This document shows, piece by piece, positions 13,011 to 26,150 of a stretch of 64,000 bases of DNA. The notes beneath the pieces are model-generated. The model ran no database searches. It worked only from the letters and a program-made list of their open reading frames with translations, and had not been told where the DNA came from. The stretch is from contig NC_087437.1 of assembly GCF_036321535.1 (NCBI RefSeq), positions 64,358,001 to 64,422,000 on the forward strand, given 5' to 3'. This stretch comes from Camelus dromedarius (Eukaryota). A program made the position numbers and the translations under genes. The first letter of the stretch is position 1, and each line of letters starts with the position of its first letter.

Positions 13011-16000
13011 AAATGATGACTAAGGTTCATTTAAACAGATCAATCACAAATTAAAACACATGTAGGTATAGAGCTTAACTAGGATATTAAAAACAAAACT
13101 CTGTATAGGTACTTCTAAGTGGACAAGAGTAACAGAAAAAAAATTTTACACTTGTTAAGAAGCATTATAAACAAGAAATAAGGACTATAAAATAACAATA
13201 TATTTTTACCATGAATTATTTTATGGATTAGAATCAAGAAATTTCCCTAAAGAGTAGGTTTACTGCATTAATATACTTTGTTGGATAAACTTTTATTATT
13301 GTGCATATTGACTGAGTTTTTATTTCATGATAAAAGAAAGTTAACTTGGAATTATTAGATTACACCTTTATTAAAAAATATTTCTATAATCTCAATTAAA
13401 CCTTATATTGCAAGTGAAAATACTCCTTTTGGAAATAAAGATATATGTGTAAAAAGAAACAGTAAATATTCAAAAGTTTGTTAATTACATAGTTTCCGGA
13501 GGTTTTGGGCATGTGGAGTAAGTAAATACATATGTGGGTGTATACCAACGTATATTTCTACATCACTGAGCTGTGCCTTTCTTCTCAGCCTCACATTTTC
13601 TTCCTAAACATGACTGCTGTGGCCTTCATGATCCATCATAGATCATCATAATGAGAACAGGCAGTACATGAAACTGGGGTTCCAAAAGAGGATGGGGCAT
13701 AGTTTGCTGCAATATTCATTAATGGTGATGAGTTTCTTTTGTGTGTTATTAATTTGTGGGTGTCCCTTGTTAAGCCCCTTTGTTGGCATAGTTTAGTCCT
13801 ATAAAGGTGGACAGTTATGTTTAGAGTCCCTTATGGCTAGAAGGCAATGTTATGATCTTGCAGAAATGAATCACAACTAATAATCCTTTGAAATAGTGGG
13901 CCCAGAGTAGAGATCAGTTGTGAAATCGGATATCCCAGGTACAGGTTTATCAGTAACTTCTAAGCTCCCAAAGAATGATGTATGGTTCTGCAGAAGGCAA
14001 TGTGCTATTAAGTCATGGAACACTAACTGATCATCTGGTTAAGCCCTCTACCTTCAAGAAACACAGATTCTGCCTGAAGACATCTCTTCTGGAAAATCTT
14101 CATGGATAAGTATTACATGATCTTTCTCAAGAAGAAACATTTTTCTGAACATTTCATGACTCTTACATGAAAGGTTTTTCACAAATCCATTCTCTTCTTT
14201 TAATCTATGTTCTATTTTTGCCTCTTGATCAGTCTTGAACATGAGTAATTCACTTTTAGTTCATAAAATTTGAAAACAATAATTAAGTCACTTCCTTAGC
14301 CTGCTTTCTTTAAAGCTTAAAATCCCTAATTTCCTTAATATTATGTATTTCTTTAATCATGTTCATCATCCTTTTCTGAATTTTCTCATTTCCCCCCATT
14401 TCCAGGTAGGTGTATATTTTTATTTCTTGGCATGTTATTAAAATGGGACATAATTATCTTAATAAAGGCAAAATACATGAAAATATAATAAGAGGATTAT
14501 TCTCTAGCCTATACATGCCACATGCCTTTCAATACAACCAAATATCTTTTCTTTCTTCAAATATCACTGGAAGTCAGCTTGTAGTCAGCTATCACCCTTA
14601 CGTCCAGCTAATCATCCTCCCTTACTCTCCCCCGCCCACTATCTGTTTCTGACATCACCATCGTGGCATTCGAGTGCCGTTAATTAGATGAAGAACCTCT
14701 CCCAAAGCATCTTCTATTAAACAGTCAAATTATATTGTTTCAGCAAACACCAAAGTGCTAACATTTTTCAAAATGCCATTTTCAAAGTATTCATCTGTTT
14801 GGTGACAAATGACATGTGACTTGTGGCTAACAGGGCTAGACATCTGGTTCTCAGATAAAGTGAATAATGTATTTTCATAATTTTGTTTATAGCATAAGCT
14901 TCAAGACTTTGAAACTCATGAGTTTATTTATTGCCCTACTATAGATAAGTCAATTAATAAAGGTATAATACAATTTCAAATATTGAGTTTCCCTAAGGAA
15001 ATACTAAAAGCATCCTGCTGATAGTCTCCAAGAGGATATGTGTAAGCAAGTACGTGTATCAAAAGAGTACATCTTCAGATAGAACGGAATGATCCGGTTT
15101 TTCTTCTGGGAAGATGGCAACGATAATACCAAGATCAGTGGACTACAAAAAAATTGCACTGGAAGGTCTGAACAGTAGTAGCACTTATAACACATGGGTT
15201 GAGCAAAATTAATAGCTTTTAATTTATTATGTCAAGCACTTTTCATGTTGTTTCTTCTGATTTATAAAAAATAATAGAAATACTAAGTTTCCTAGAAACT
15301 GGAAAAAGTCTAGATATTTTCCTGATTAAAAAAAGAATGACTCTGGTGAAAAAGAAACACGAATTTGCCATTACTGACTTTTTTTTTTTCCATTATTGAC
15401 TTTTAAATACCAGCCTAGAGGTCTAGATTTGTCTATAATTGGATTTTGTAGTAAGTTCCCTTTCATGAAACCTTTTTTTAGTTAAAAAGGAATTAGGTCA
15501 GATTTTTACAAAGCCAGTAAGAGCACCTGTGAGAGATTTATTCAAATTCTCCATTGTTCCATTAAAATGTGCCCTTTGCCTTCCTACAGCTGGTGCTGAA
15601 TAACAAAGAGTGGCCAAGCTTCCTATTACTGGCAGTGAGTCATATCCACTGAGATTCAAAATGGGCTAAAATATACTCCACTCCTTCCTTCACTCATTCA
15701 TTCATTACTCCAGGTACGGGGGTGGGAGATGGGGTCAGAATTTATAAGGCAAAAGTCCATGTTCCAGATTTTCAGACTGGTAGGGAAGATAAGACATATA
15801 CTCAAGGGAATATTAAGTGGTAAGTATCAGGAAAGAGAAAAAAAAATGCTATGATAATTCAGAGGAGGTATGTGAACAAATCTATAGTCCTTAAGACAGT
15901 GTATTTGTAAGTTAAAAATGCATCTTTCAGGAGTTTCTAAGTGACATTAAAAAACTGACTTATATTTGAAAACAACAGTAGGATTTATAAATTCAATGGT

Positions 16001-16727
16001 TGTTAAGACATACACATCAAACTCAACCTTTCAATTCTAGCTTTGATTTAGTTTAGAATTCTGCTTTCCTATCTGTCCAACATAATTATTTTCAAGGGCA
16101 GAATGGGAAAACTATCTTGACTAGGGTCAATTACATCAATTTTCTTTAAAGATTTAAAAAGATGTATAGTTTTCAAATATACATATATATTTTCTGATTA
16201 TAAAAGTAAAACATGCTCATTGTTACAACTCTAGTCAAAACAGGAGGTAAAAAATTAAATTCATAATGCAGCCATCCAGAGATAAAACTGTTAATTTTAT
16301 CATATTAAATAGAAAATACATGACATTTAATAAATGTACTATCTCATAATGAATATTCTTCACTTAATTCAAGGGGAAAAAATCTGTTTATCATGTACTC
16401 ACGACTATGTTCTCATAAAATCTAACAGATGCATACTTGACATACAGTATCACACAAAAAATCTGAGTGTAATGCCATGAACAAGAAGAGTTGTAAACTA
16501 AAACTGTTCCACCAGAATGCTGTACAACTGCTAAGTTTGAAATTATACCAGCATAAAATAAAAAATTCTGGCTCAGAATACTTGTCAAAATTACTCGAAA
16601 CCCTAATGAAGGAATGTTAGTATATAAAAAGTGCACAGTGTCCAAAAATGATTACTCTGGACAACTGGGATTTATAGACAAAGCAATAAACACTAAAAAG
16701 AGGGAATCCTGGCATGATGGTGTAGAC

Positions 16728-17290
16728 CAGAGGTTTCCAAACCTTCCGTCTCAGCACCCTAGTGTCTCAGTATTTTTTCACAGTGCTTCAAGGCCAAAAG
16801 AAATAGCTAACAATTCCTTTAGTCACATGGTTAGTCCAAACAACTTAATATACATATGTCCTAATAATTTAGTGGTCATTAAAAATAATACCCATATATT
16901 GAAAGAAATATATTTTTATTTCATTCTTAAATAACTACAATTACTTAATAATGGGATGTGTGCATCTGATGGGCACTGCACGACTTCTCAAATCTTGTAA
17001 TCAGAATGACACCACTGCCCTCATTTCCTGTTCCATGCTGAATTTTGTGCAGTATTGCTTTTTATTACAGCAACTGCAGAAACCTTAACTTTGTAAAGAC
17101 ATGACATCATCAAAAAGAATGTAGAGGATCTAAATATAAAACTGGAGACTCTCTTGAACTAGTGGTTCGCAGTGTCTGACAGCTATGGAATATCCTTGTT
17201 TCCTTCAGAAATGTGAATAATGCATGTTGTTTTTGTGAGTTTGCTGTGGCACTCCAGGGCAGCGTGCTTGGTGCAGTCTAGTAATCATGG
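16728..17290. mobile_element. MER119-like hAT-Charlie element, near full length
   Basis: Starts CAGAGGTTTCCAAAC; body matches remembered MER119 (GGCCAAAAGAAATA, GGGCACTGCAC, CTCATTTCCTGTTCCA); TSD GTGTAGAC / GTGTAGTG. Confidence 0.8.
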
Positions 17291-17738
17291 GTGTAGTGCA
17301 ACCTCATCCCACTGCCCTTTAAAAGATTTGATGCCTCTGATGTGCAAACTACTGGTCTGTTTATTACAGAGCACGTAAATTCAACTCAGGATATGTAGTA
17401 TTCCTTAATTACATGCAGCCAAAAGGAACTCTCCTCTCATGGGAGTCTCATGGAACATCCATGCCACTGGGTAACAGGCCTGGATAGAGCCATTCTCAGA
17501 CTCTCATATACTCCTATCGACAGAAATGCTTGTTATAACAAATAATCCTGCAACCCTACAATCTACCTTTACAACAAATAATCCTATAATTAAACACAGA
17601 ATCCAAAAGGTGGCTAAATGTCACTTGCAAATAGAATAAAAATATGCATCTTAAACAATCTTTTCTTAAAGGAAAGAAGCAACAACAGAGCCCTCTTGGT
17701 TTATAAGATAATCTGTCACAGTAATTTTAAAAAGATCC

Positions 17739-18262
17739 CGTGAGGCAGAATAATGTCTCTTGCTTCCCCCAAAAGATATATTTTTTTGTGTCAGTTCCTG
17801 GAAACTGAATGTTACCTTACATGGTGAGAAATATTAAAGGTGAAGATGGAATTAAAGTTGCTAATCAGCTGACTTAAATTTGGGAGATTATCCTGGATTT
17901 TCTGGGTAGGCCCAACGTAATCACAAGGATCCTTAAAAGTGGAAAGAGGCAGAATATGAAGTTCAGAGGAAGATGTGACCTTGCGAGGAAGGAACAGATG
18001 ATGCAGTGTGAGAAGGACTTGACCTGCTGTTGCTAACTTTGCAGAGGAAAGGGGCCACAAGCCAAGGAGTGTGGGCAGCCTCCAGATGTCAGAGAGGGCA
18101 AGAAAATGAATTCTTCCCTAGAGTCTGCCCACATTTTGATTTTAGCTTAGTGAGACTCAAGTTGGACTTCTGACTTACAGAAATATAAAATAAACTCATG
18201 GTTTTTTTTTTTAAAGCCCCGTGTTTGTGGTAACATTAACAGCAGCCATAGAAAAAACTATA
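17739..18262 (+). mobile_element. MaLR solo LTR, MLT1D-like
   Basis: GGCAGAATAAT start, GGAGATTATCCTGGA and GTAATCACAAGG motifs, GCAGCCATAGAAAAAACTA end; TSD GATCC / GACCC. Confidence 0.8.
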
Positions 18263-18365
18263 GACCCTTCAAATGATACTTATAACAATAAAAACAACAG
18301 CAGCTGTAAATGTTTCAGGTCAACTGGATGGGCTAATAATAAGTAAATTGCCTATCATACACTTC

Positions 18366-21300
18366 TTAGCCAGACTCACCAAGAAAAAAAGAGAGAGTAC
18401 TCAAATAAATAAAATAAAAAATGAAAGAGATGTTACAAATTCTGCTGTAGAAATACAAAGGATAAAGGACTACTATCATGCAATTATGTGGCAGCAAAAC
18501 AGACAACCTAGAAGAAATGGATAAAGTCCTAGAAACATTCAGCCTACAAAGCCTGAAGCATGATGAAACAGGCAACCTGACCAGGTCAATTACTAGCAAG
18601 GAGACTGGATCAATAATCAAAAACCTCTCAACAAATAAAATTCCATGAGCAAACATCTTCACTGATAAATTCTACCAAATATTCTAAGTTGAATTAATAC
18701 CAATCCTTTTCAAATTCTTCCAAAAAGCAGAAGAAGGGGAGGCTTCCAAACATATTTTGTAAGGCCAAAGCTACCAAAACCAGAGAAGGATAACACACAC
18801 ACAAAAAGAAAATTATAGGCCAATATCCCTCAAGAATATAGATGCAAAAATCCTCAACAAAATATTAACAAACCAAATTAAACAATACATTAAAAGGATC
18901 ATACACCATGATCAAATGGGATTTATTCCAGCGATGCAAGGCTGGTTCAGCATCTGCGTATCAGTCAGTGTGATACACCACGTTAACAAAACCGAGGGAT
19001 AAAAATGACGTGATCATTTCAACAGATGGAGAAAAAGCATCTGACAAAATTCGACATCCATTTACAATAAAAACTCTCAACAAAGTGGGTACAGAGGGAA
19101 CGTACTTCAACATAATAAACGCTACATATGACAAGATTGCAGTTAACATCATAGTCAATGGTGAAAAGCTGAAAGTTTTTCCTCTAAGATCAGGAACAAG
19201 ACAAGGATGCCCACTCTACCCACATATATTCAACATAGTAGCTGGAAGTCCTAGTCACAGCAATTGGGCAAGGAAAAAAAAAAAAAAAGGCTTCAAATTG
19301 GGAAGGAAGAAGCAAAGCTGTCACTATCTGCAGATAACATGATATTATAGATAGAAAATTGTAGATTCCATCAAGAAACTGTTAGAACTAATAAATTCAG
19401 TAAAATTGCAGGCTTCAAAATCAACAGAAAAATCTGCTGCCTTCCTTTACGTTAATAAAGAACTATCAGAAAGAGAAATGAAGAAAACAATCCCATTTAC
19501 AATTATATGAAAAAGAATAAAATACCTAGGAATAAATTTAACCAAGGAGGTGAAAGACCTGTATACTGAAAACTGCAAGATATTAAAGAAATTGAAGAAG
19601 ACAAAAATAAATGGAAAGATATTCTGTGCTCACAGATTGAAAGAATTAACTGTTAAAATTTCCATACTACCCAAAGCAATCTAAAGATTCTGTGTAATTC
19701 CTATCAAAATTCCAATGGCATTTTTTACAAAAATATAACAAATAATCCTAAAATTTGTATGGAACTACAAAAGACCCTAAACAGCCAAAGCAATCTTGAG
19801 AAAGAAGAACAAAGCTGGAGGCATCACACACCCTGGTTTCAAACTATAATAGAAAACGATGGTAATTTAAACAGCATGGTATTGGCATAAAAACAGACAC
19901 ACAGATCAGTGAAACAGAATAGAGAGCCCAGAAATAAACCTACACACTTACAGTGAATTAATTTACAACAAAAAATACAAGAATATACAATAGGGAAAGG
20001 ATAGTCTCTTCAATAAATGGTGTTGGGAAAATTGGATAACCACATGCAAAAGAACGAAATTGGACCACTATCATACAATATATGCAAAATTTAACTCAAA
20101 ATGGATCAAAGACTTGAATGTAAAACCTAAAGCCATAAAACTCCTTGAATAAACTATAGACAGTAAGTTCCTTGACATAAGTTTTGGTAATAAGTTTTTG
20201 AATCTGACACCGAAAGCAAAAGCAACAAAAGAGAAAATAAGCAACTGGGACTACATCAAACTAAAAAGCTTCTGCACAGCGAAGGAAACCATCAACAAAG
20301 GAAAAGACAACCTACTGAATGGGAGAAAATAACTGCAAACCATGTATCTGTTAAAGGGCTAATATCCAAAACATACAAAGAATTCATAAAATTCAGTACC
20401 AAAAAGCAAAAAATGCCACTAAAAAATGGGCAGAAGCATAAAAAAGAAAGAAATAATGCCATTTGCAGCAATATGGATGGACCTGGAGATTGTCATTCTA
20501 AGTGAAGTAAGCCAGAAAGAGAAAGAAAAATACAGTTATATGGGGAATCTTAAAAAAAAGGACACAAATGAACTTACCTACAAAACAGAAACAGACTCAC
20601 AAACATAGAAAACAAACTTATGGTTACCAGGGGGGCAAGAGGGTGAGAAGGGATAAATTGGGAATTTGAAATCAGTACCTCTTGGGGAGTGATGGAAATG
20701 TTAGCTATCTTGATTGTGGTAGTGGTTTCACAGGTGTATACATCTATCAAAATTCATCAAATTGTACTTCTGAAATATGTGTAGTTTACTGTACAGGAAT
20801 CATGTAACAATAAAGGTGTTAAAAAAAATTAAAAATGGGCAGAAGATCTGAATACTCATTTTTCCACAGGAGATATACAGATGGTCAACAGACACACAAA
20901 AGAAGTTCAATATCATTAATCATCAGGGAAATGCAAATCAAAATCACAATGAGATACCAACTCACACATGTTAGAATGGCTATTATCAAAAAACAAGAGA
21001 TAACAAGTATCGGCAAGGAAGTGGGAAAAAGGGAACCCTTGTGCGCTGTTGGTGGAGATGTAGGTTGGTGCAGCCAGTTGGAAAACAGTACGCAGGGTCC
21101 TCAAAAAATAAAAAACAGAACTACCATATACCCAGTAGTCCCATTTCTTATCTGAAGGAACTGAAATCACCATCTCGAAAAGATATCTACACCCCATGTT
21201 CATGAAGCATTATTTACAATAGTCAAAATATGGAAACAACTAGTCTCTATCAATGGATGAATGGATAAAGAAACTGTGGAATATATATGCAATGGAATAC

Positions 21301-21600
21301 TATTCAGCCATAAAAATGAAACCTTACTATTTGTGACATGTTTAGACCTTGACAATATTATGCTAAGTGGAATCAGTCAGATAGAGAAGGGCAATTATTT
21401 TATTATCTCTCTTATATGTGGAATCAAAATCAAAAAATTTAAAAAACACTCAAAATGGAAAACAAACAAACAAAACAAAATCAAGCTCATGAATACAGAG
21501 AACAGGTTGGTGGTGGTTGCAAGAGGCGAGGGGTGGGAGAAATGGTGAACTGTTTCTGTTTTTTAGTTTAAATAAATTGAATATATTGAAAAAAAGACTA
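18366..21600 (+). mobile_element. 5'-truncated, degenerate LINE-1 (ORF2 RT to C-terminus plus 3' UTR)
   Basis: ORF fragments MIISTDGEKASDKIRHPF...PLRSGTRQGCPL (RT) and [18 protein letters not shown] (C-terminus); many stops and frameshifts; interrupted by a younger L1. Confidence 0.93.
20437..20830 (+). mobile_element. Younger 5'-truncated L1 3' end nested in the older L1
   Basis: Perfect 15-bp TSD AAAAATGGGCAGAAG at 20422-20436 and 20831-20845; begins with the ORF2 end IMPFAAIWMDLEIVILSEVSQ; AATAAA and A tail. Confidence 0.9.
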
Positions 21601-22022
21601 AATATAAAATAAACCAATAGGTACTGGTTCAAAGAAGTCTACTGGTGCATATCTGAAATGTCATAGCTTTCTGCCTTTGTTCATTTTCCTTCCTGTTTAA
21701 CAATGATGTAATGGCTATAAAGATGATAAAAATCTTTGTATTATGCTGTGATATGATTTTTTAAAAGAATATAAGCTTTTCCATGCTATTTAAGCTCACA
21801 CTAAAGATTATTCTTCTTTTCCAGATATAAAATACCAATGAAAATATTTTTAGTTATTTTTTGAGCTCTTTTTAGATGAGATGATGGTTTGATGGCTGGA
21901 TAAGGGAGACCTTTTTGTATATTTAACAACTGCTTATGGGAAGCAAGAAAAAGTCCTACTGTCAGTATATACTTCTAAAAACTGAAAATATTTATTCAAA
22001 GTTCAAAATAGTCTGTGCTCAC

Positions 22023-22150
22023 CTGTAGTTAAAGGCAGGTGTGTGATGCTGTTCAAACAGGTCAGGGTGAACCACGTGGATGATAGTGTAGCTCCGGAAA
22101 ACAGGAGGAGAAGAATTAGCTTCAGCATACCCCTGATAAAATCTGCAAAC
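22023..22150 (-). CDS. SLC49A4: SLC49A4 coding exon 7 (128 bp): [42 protein letters not shown]
   Basis: Manual translation; TTTTCAG acceptor, GTGAGC donor; phase 2 to phase 1. Confidence 0.96.
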
Positions 22151-24143
22151 CTGAAAAGAAATAACGTTCTATTAATCCTAGCTGGATTTTAAAAATACTA
22201 TTTAAATCAATAACACACTTTCATTAAACAATAATTTCTTGAAGAAATTTCCATGATTCTTTTATAGCAAGTTTTTTTTTAATTTTTTTTTTAAACTAAC
22301 ACGTTTTGTGTGTATGGTTGATAAATGTTGCTTTGTGATAAATGTTTATTTCTCTTACAGTCTCTTAAAATGTGATCTCTGTTTCGGATTTACAACTTAC
22401 AAGATAAATTCTGAGTTTTTAAATGCCACTTTTACTTTCTTTATATATTTTTCTGTAACTTCCAAACATTCTAAAATGAGCATATATCGTCCTAGTTTTA
22501 GAAAACAGGCTAACTTGTTGACATAAACTTGCAAGGGTCGTTCTCTCAAAATTCAAATTCACTTAGAGAACAAATACAGGTGCTTACCCCAGCACCTTTG
22601 GGGTCTTACATGGTCTGGTCTCTTGCTCCACTCTCTGTTTGCCTTACTATCTCCAGTGGGACAGCCCTGTTTCTGTTTCTCATACATACTGAGGCTGTTT
22701 CTCACAGCAACTGTAGTTTTCGTACTTGTCCTGACACCTGGATTGCTGGTTCCCCCAGATCGTCAGGTGACTCATGCCTGCTTATTCTTTGGGTTATTCA
22801 GGTCTCAGTCAGGAAGGCTCGCCATTCTCACAGAAGCAGCTCTCCCCATCCCATCTCCACACTCTATTTTCTTCATAGCATTTATCTCTATTGGAATTTC
22901 TCTTGTTTTTGCATTTTTTGTCTTCCTTAATCAGACCATAAGCTTTGTAAGAGCAAGAACATAGCTCTAGAATAGTGAATTTATTTCACAAAGTTTGTGT
23001 CTAATGTTTCACAGCCTTTTAAGTTCTCAAAAATCCCTGCTTTGTCTTGAATTCTTATGAAACTTCTGGTAGAGATGCTTATTATTTGGTTATAACCGAA
23101 ATTTTTTCCAAAAATGCTTCTCCTCATCTGTGGATGCTCATCTGCGGATGAACCGTTGACTGTATAAGCAGTCCTCTGGCTGTGCCTGTACACAACTGAC
23201 TGTGTCCTTTAGAGTTGTTCCTATTGTAGAAAAACTCATCCCACCCCAAAAATGACATTTACCATGTTTTCTCTTTGAAGTTTTTAAAAAAATTTATTTT
23301 AATTTCTATTGTAATTATGTGACTTGCAATATTTTGCTTTGCACTTATCTGACGTGATATGGTTAATCATATTTATGTCTTTTAGACTAAAATGACTTCC
23401 TATGTGAGCTGATGCCATCTTTTGGTGGGAAAAATGGATGCACCTTTGCTCAGTGACAGGTTTGCTCTCCACTATGAAAGTTCACAAACAGAAAATACTT
23501 ACGTAGTCTGAAAAAGGTTCCAGAGCTTGATGGAAATGCTCCTCCAGAAAATCCAAAAGCTTTGTTTTAATTTCATGCTCAATAGTTTTCTGACTTATAT
23601 TTTGCTATGCTGCATGAACTTGTCAGATAGGCAGATGGCCAGGTATGAGAGAATAAAACAGGTTTCTGGTACACTCAGAGTCGAATGAGGTTAGAGTGAG
23701 TACGTCTCCAAGGACCAGATCACACAAGAATAAACTTACCACTCTGGTCTGCCAATTTTGGAGACCAATGGGCTAATATCATCAAAGTGCACTGTTAGCA
23801 CCAAAGTAGTACATTTAGCAGTAATCTTTGGTAATATAATCACAAAAAACACCCAAAGCACTCATGTCTGTAAGAAGATTCTGTTCTAGGGATCCCAAAA
23901 AGGGTGTTCTGAATATAATTTTAAGTTGATTTTAGGGCTAAGAGATACTTAAAATTAATTTCAGATCCCATAGTAAGAGTAGTGCTTTTTAGAACCTCCA
24001 TTTTCAACAATTTAAAAACAGAAATGTCCTCATTCTAATTTTTCCCTCTAGTTCCACTTCAATATAGTTAAAATTAAGGGTTTGTAAAAAAAAATTAAGC
24101 AAAAGGAGCATGTGGGATGTCATTTCTAATAAATAACATGTCC

Positions 24144-24191
24144 CTCTTTGACATATTTGGTGCTTATTCTCTTTGACATATTTGGTGCTTA
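24144..24191. repeat. Tandem duplication, 23-bp unit CTCTTTGACATATTTGGTGCTTA x2 (period 25)
   Basis: Two identical copies at 24144-24166 and 24169-24191. Confidence 0.95.
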
Positions 24192-24405
24192 GAATAAGAT
24201 TTCAGAATAGGATTTGGTAAACGATGACTCACTATAATTGGCTTGGATATTTAATTAGAAAAATTAGATACGATTCTCGTCAAGTGTGATAGGTCAGTAT
24301 ATTCCAGTATCAGTGTAGTTATTTCCTACAAATAGCTATGTTCCTATTCTTCTCTAGCTTTTAGACTTCATTCTCATATTTTCTAACTTATAAAAACCTC
24401 AGATA

Positions 24406-24464
24406 TGGAAATTGACACATTATAAACTGACTATAACTAAATGAAATGAAATTAAAAAAACCCC
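24406..24464 (+). mobile_element. 59-bp micro-L1 3' tip
   Basis: Perfect 13-bp TSD AAAACCTCAGATA at 24393-24405 and 24465-24477; GAAATTGACACATTATAAACTGACTATA matches the reverse complement of the L1 tip at 35309. Confidence 0.85.
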
Positions 24465-25354
24465 AAAACCTCAGATAAAGCAATTTAGAAATTACAGTGT
24501 CAATTTATTCTTTCATTATCCCAGAAACACTGTGCAAACTGTAAGGCCTAGATATAATATTATCCTGTGTCAATTATGTTTACGTATTTAGATATTGAGG
24601 TGACTCACATATCTTATTTGATCTTCCCAAATATGTAATTAGATTCTTCCCTTCCCGATAAAGTTGATTGCTCAATTTTGTTTTTGATGTAACAGGGTAC
24701 AATGTTTGGAAAGTGAATGAAAATGATCTCTTTGGAAACACCAAGAGTAGTTTTATACACAGTCACCTATGTGAGTGACATTTTCATTCTTTTCTTCTTT
24801 TAGAATAAATGAGACTTCTTCCTTCTTCTGACTCATTCAAAAAATGTGTTGTCATAATGGGCTAAGATCAAAGGGAGTTTCACGAAACTGGAAGGCTTTA
24901 TGGATATTTTTTATCAAAATGGGAAAACCATAGGGTCATACCTGCCAAAAGTGGCCACAAATAATTATCTGCTAATCAGGATACTGCCTTTTCATGCAAA
25001 GTTCTAAATATGCTCTTACAAATGATTCCTTTCAATTCTTTTCTAATCTCAATAACTATCAATTTGTTTTTACTATTGTATCACCTTCCTTCTGGTTTCA
25101 TTTGTAGATACTGTCCTCTAATAATATGGAGAGGGGCAGCTTAGTTATACTGAAAATACATCCCTAGTCTCCAAAAACATTTTAGGGTGGACTAACCTGG
25201 AGTTCCCCTGTAGCAGCAAATTCTATCTGCTACATGTGACCTTTGCATGTTTTATTTTTCCTTGAATTTTAACATTTATCTAGGGGAGCCAATTTTCCAT
25301 TTGGGCTTATTTTTGGTTCTGCCCAGTTACATGTTTAACATAAAAGATTCTTAC

Positions 25355-25422
25355 CTTGCCATTGCTATTCCAACGACACAGCCTCCAACTATAGACCAAA
25401 ATCCAATCCAGCCAGCATCTAT
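25355..25422 (-). CDS. SLC49A4: SLC49A4 coding exon 6 (68 bp): IDAGWIGFWSIVGGCVVGIAMA(R)
   Basis: Manual translation; TTAACAG acceptor, GTAAGA donor; phase 0 to phase 2. Confidence 0.95.
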
Positions 25423-25994
25423 CTGTTAAGAAAGTGGCAGACACATTTAATACAAGATAAGCACACTGCAGTTTAGAAGGCATGGAAAAAAATCCTCTAT
25501 AATCAACATGTTAATAACTAAATGGCAAATCTAGGAAATACTATTTAAGAAAATGAATCAAATGAAAGGATTCATGTGTGACTAATACAAACTTAACTAA
25601 GTAAATACATCATTAATTAACTTTTATTGGAATATTTAAATGAACAAAATAATCAATATCACAAATATTTCTTAAGTGTGTGTTCTACATGCTGGACATT
25701 GTATTAGGAACTCTTAAGAAAACAGTAAAAGGAGAAAAGATGGTCATTGACCTAAAAAGTTTAAATAGAGCCAACATACAGAAAACTATTAGGAAATAAT
25801 TTAGTGGTAAAACATTTGGCACAACTAAAAATTTATTAGAAGAACACACAGTGGAGGAGTGGAAGAGAGAGAGGTGAGAGAGAGACAGTGAGGGGGTAGA
25901 GAGAGAGAGAGAACTGGGGGCTGAGCTCCTGGGGAGACTGGACAGAGAATGTGAGCTAGGTTACAAATGCATAGATTGCTCCACTCTTGAGAAA

Positions 25995-26150
25995 CATCTC
26001 CGGCCCTGCCATTTACTAGCTTTGTGACTCTGGACAGATTATGTCCTCTTACTGATAAAATGGATTAAATGACATGATTTGCATATAGAACTTGGATCAA
26101 CAGTTGGCATATAAGAAGTGCTCAATAAAGGTTAGGGCTGTTATTATTAC
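25995..26150 (+). mobile_element. MIR SINE remnant
   Basis: CCTGCCATTTACTAGCTTTGTGACTCTGG...GTGCTCAATAAA...TTATTATTA. Confidence 0.65.

Noticed and set aside
19010..19342. Reverse-transcriptase-like ORF as a possible novel RT system
   Set aside because: Ordinary frameshifted fragment of a dead L1 ORF2.
22985..23165. Possible Tigger/TcMar end (minus strand TA-CAGTCAAC...)
   Set aside because: No partner terminal inverted repeat found and no family could be assigned by eye.
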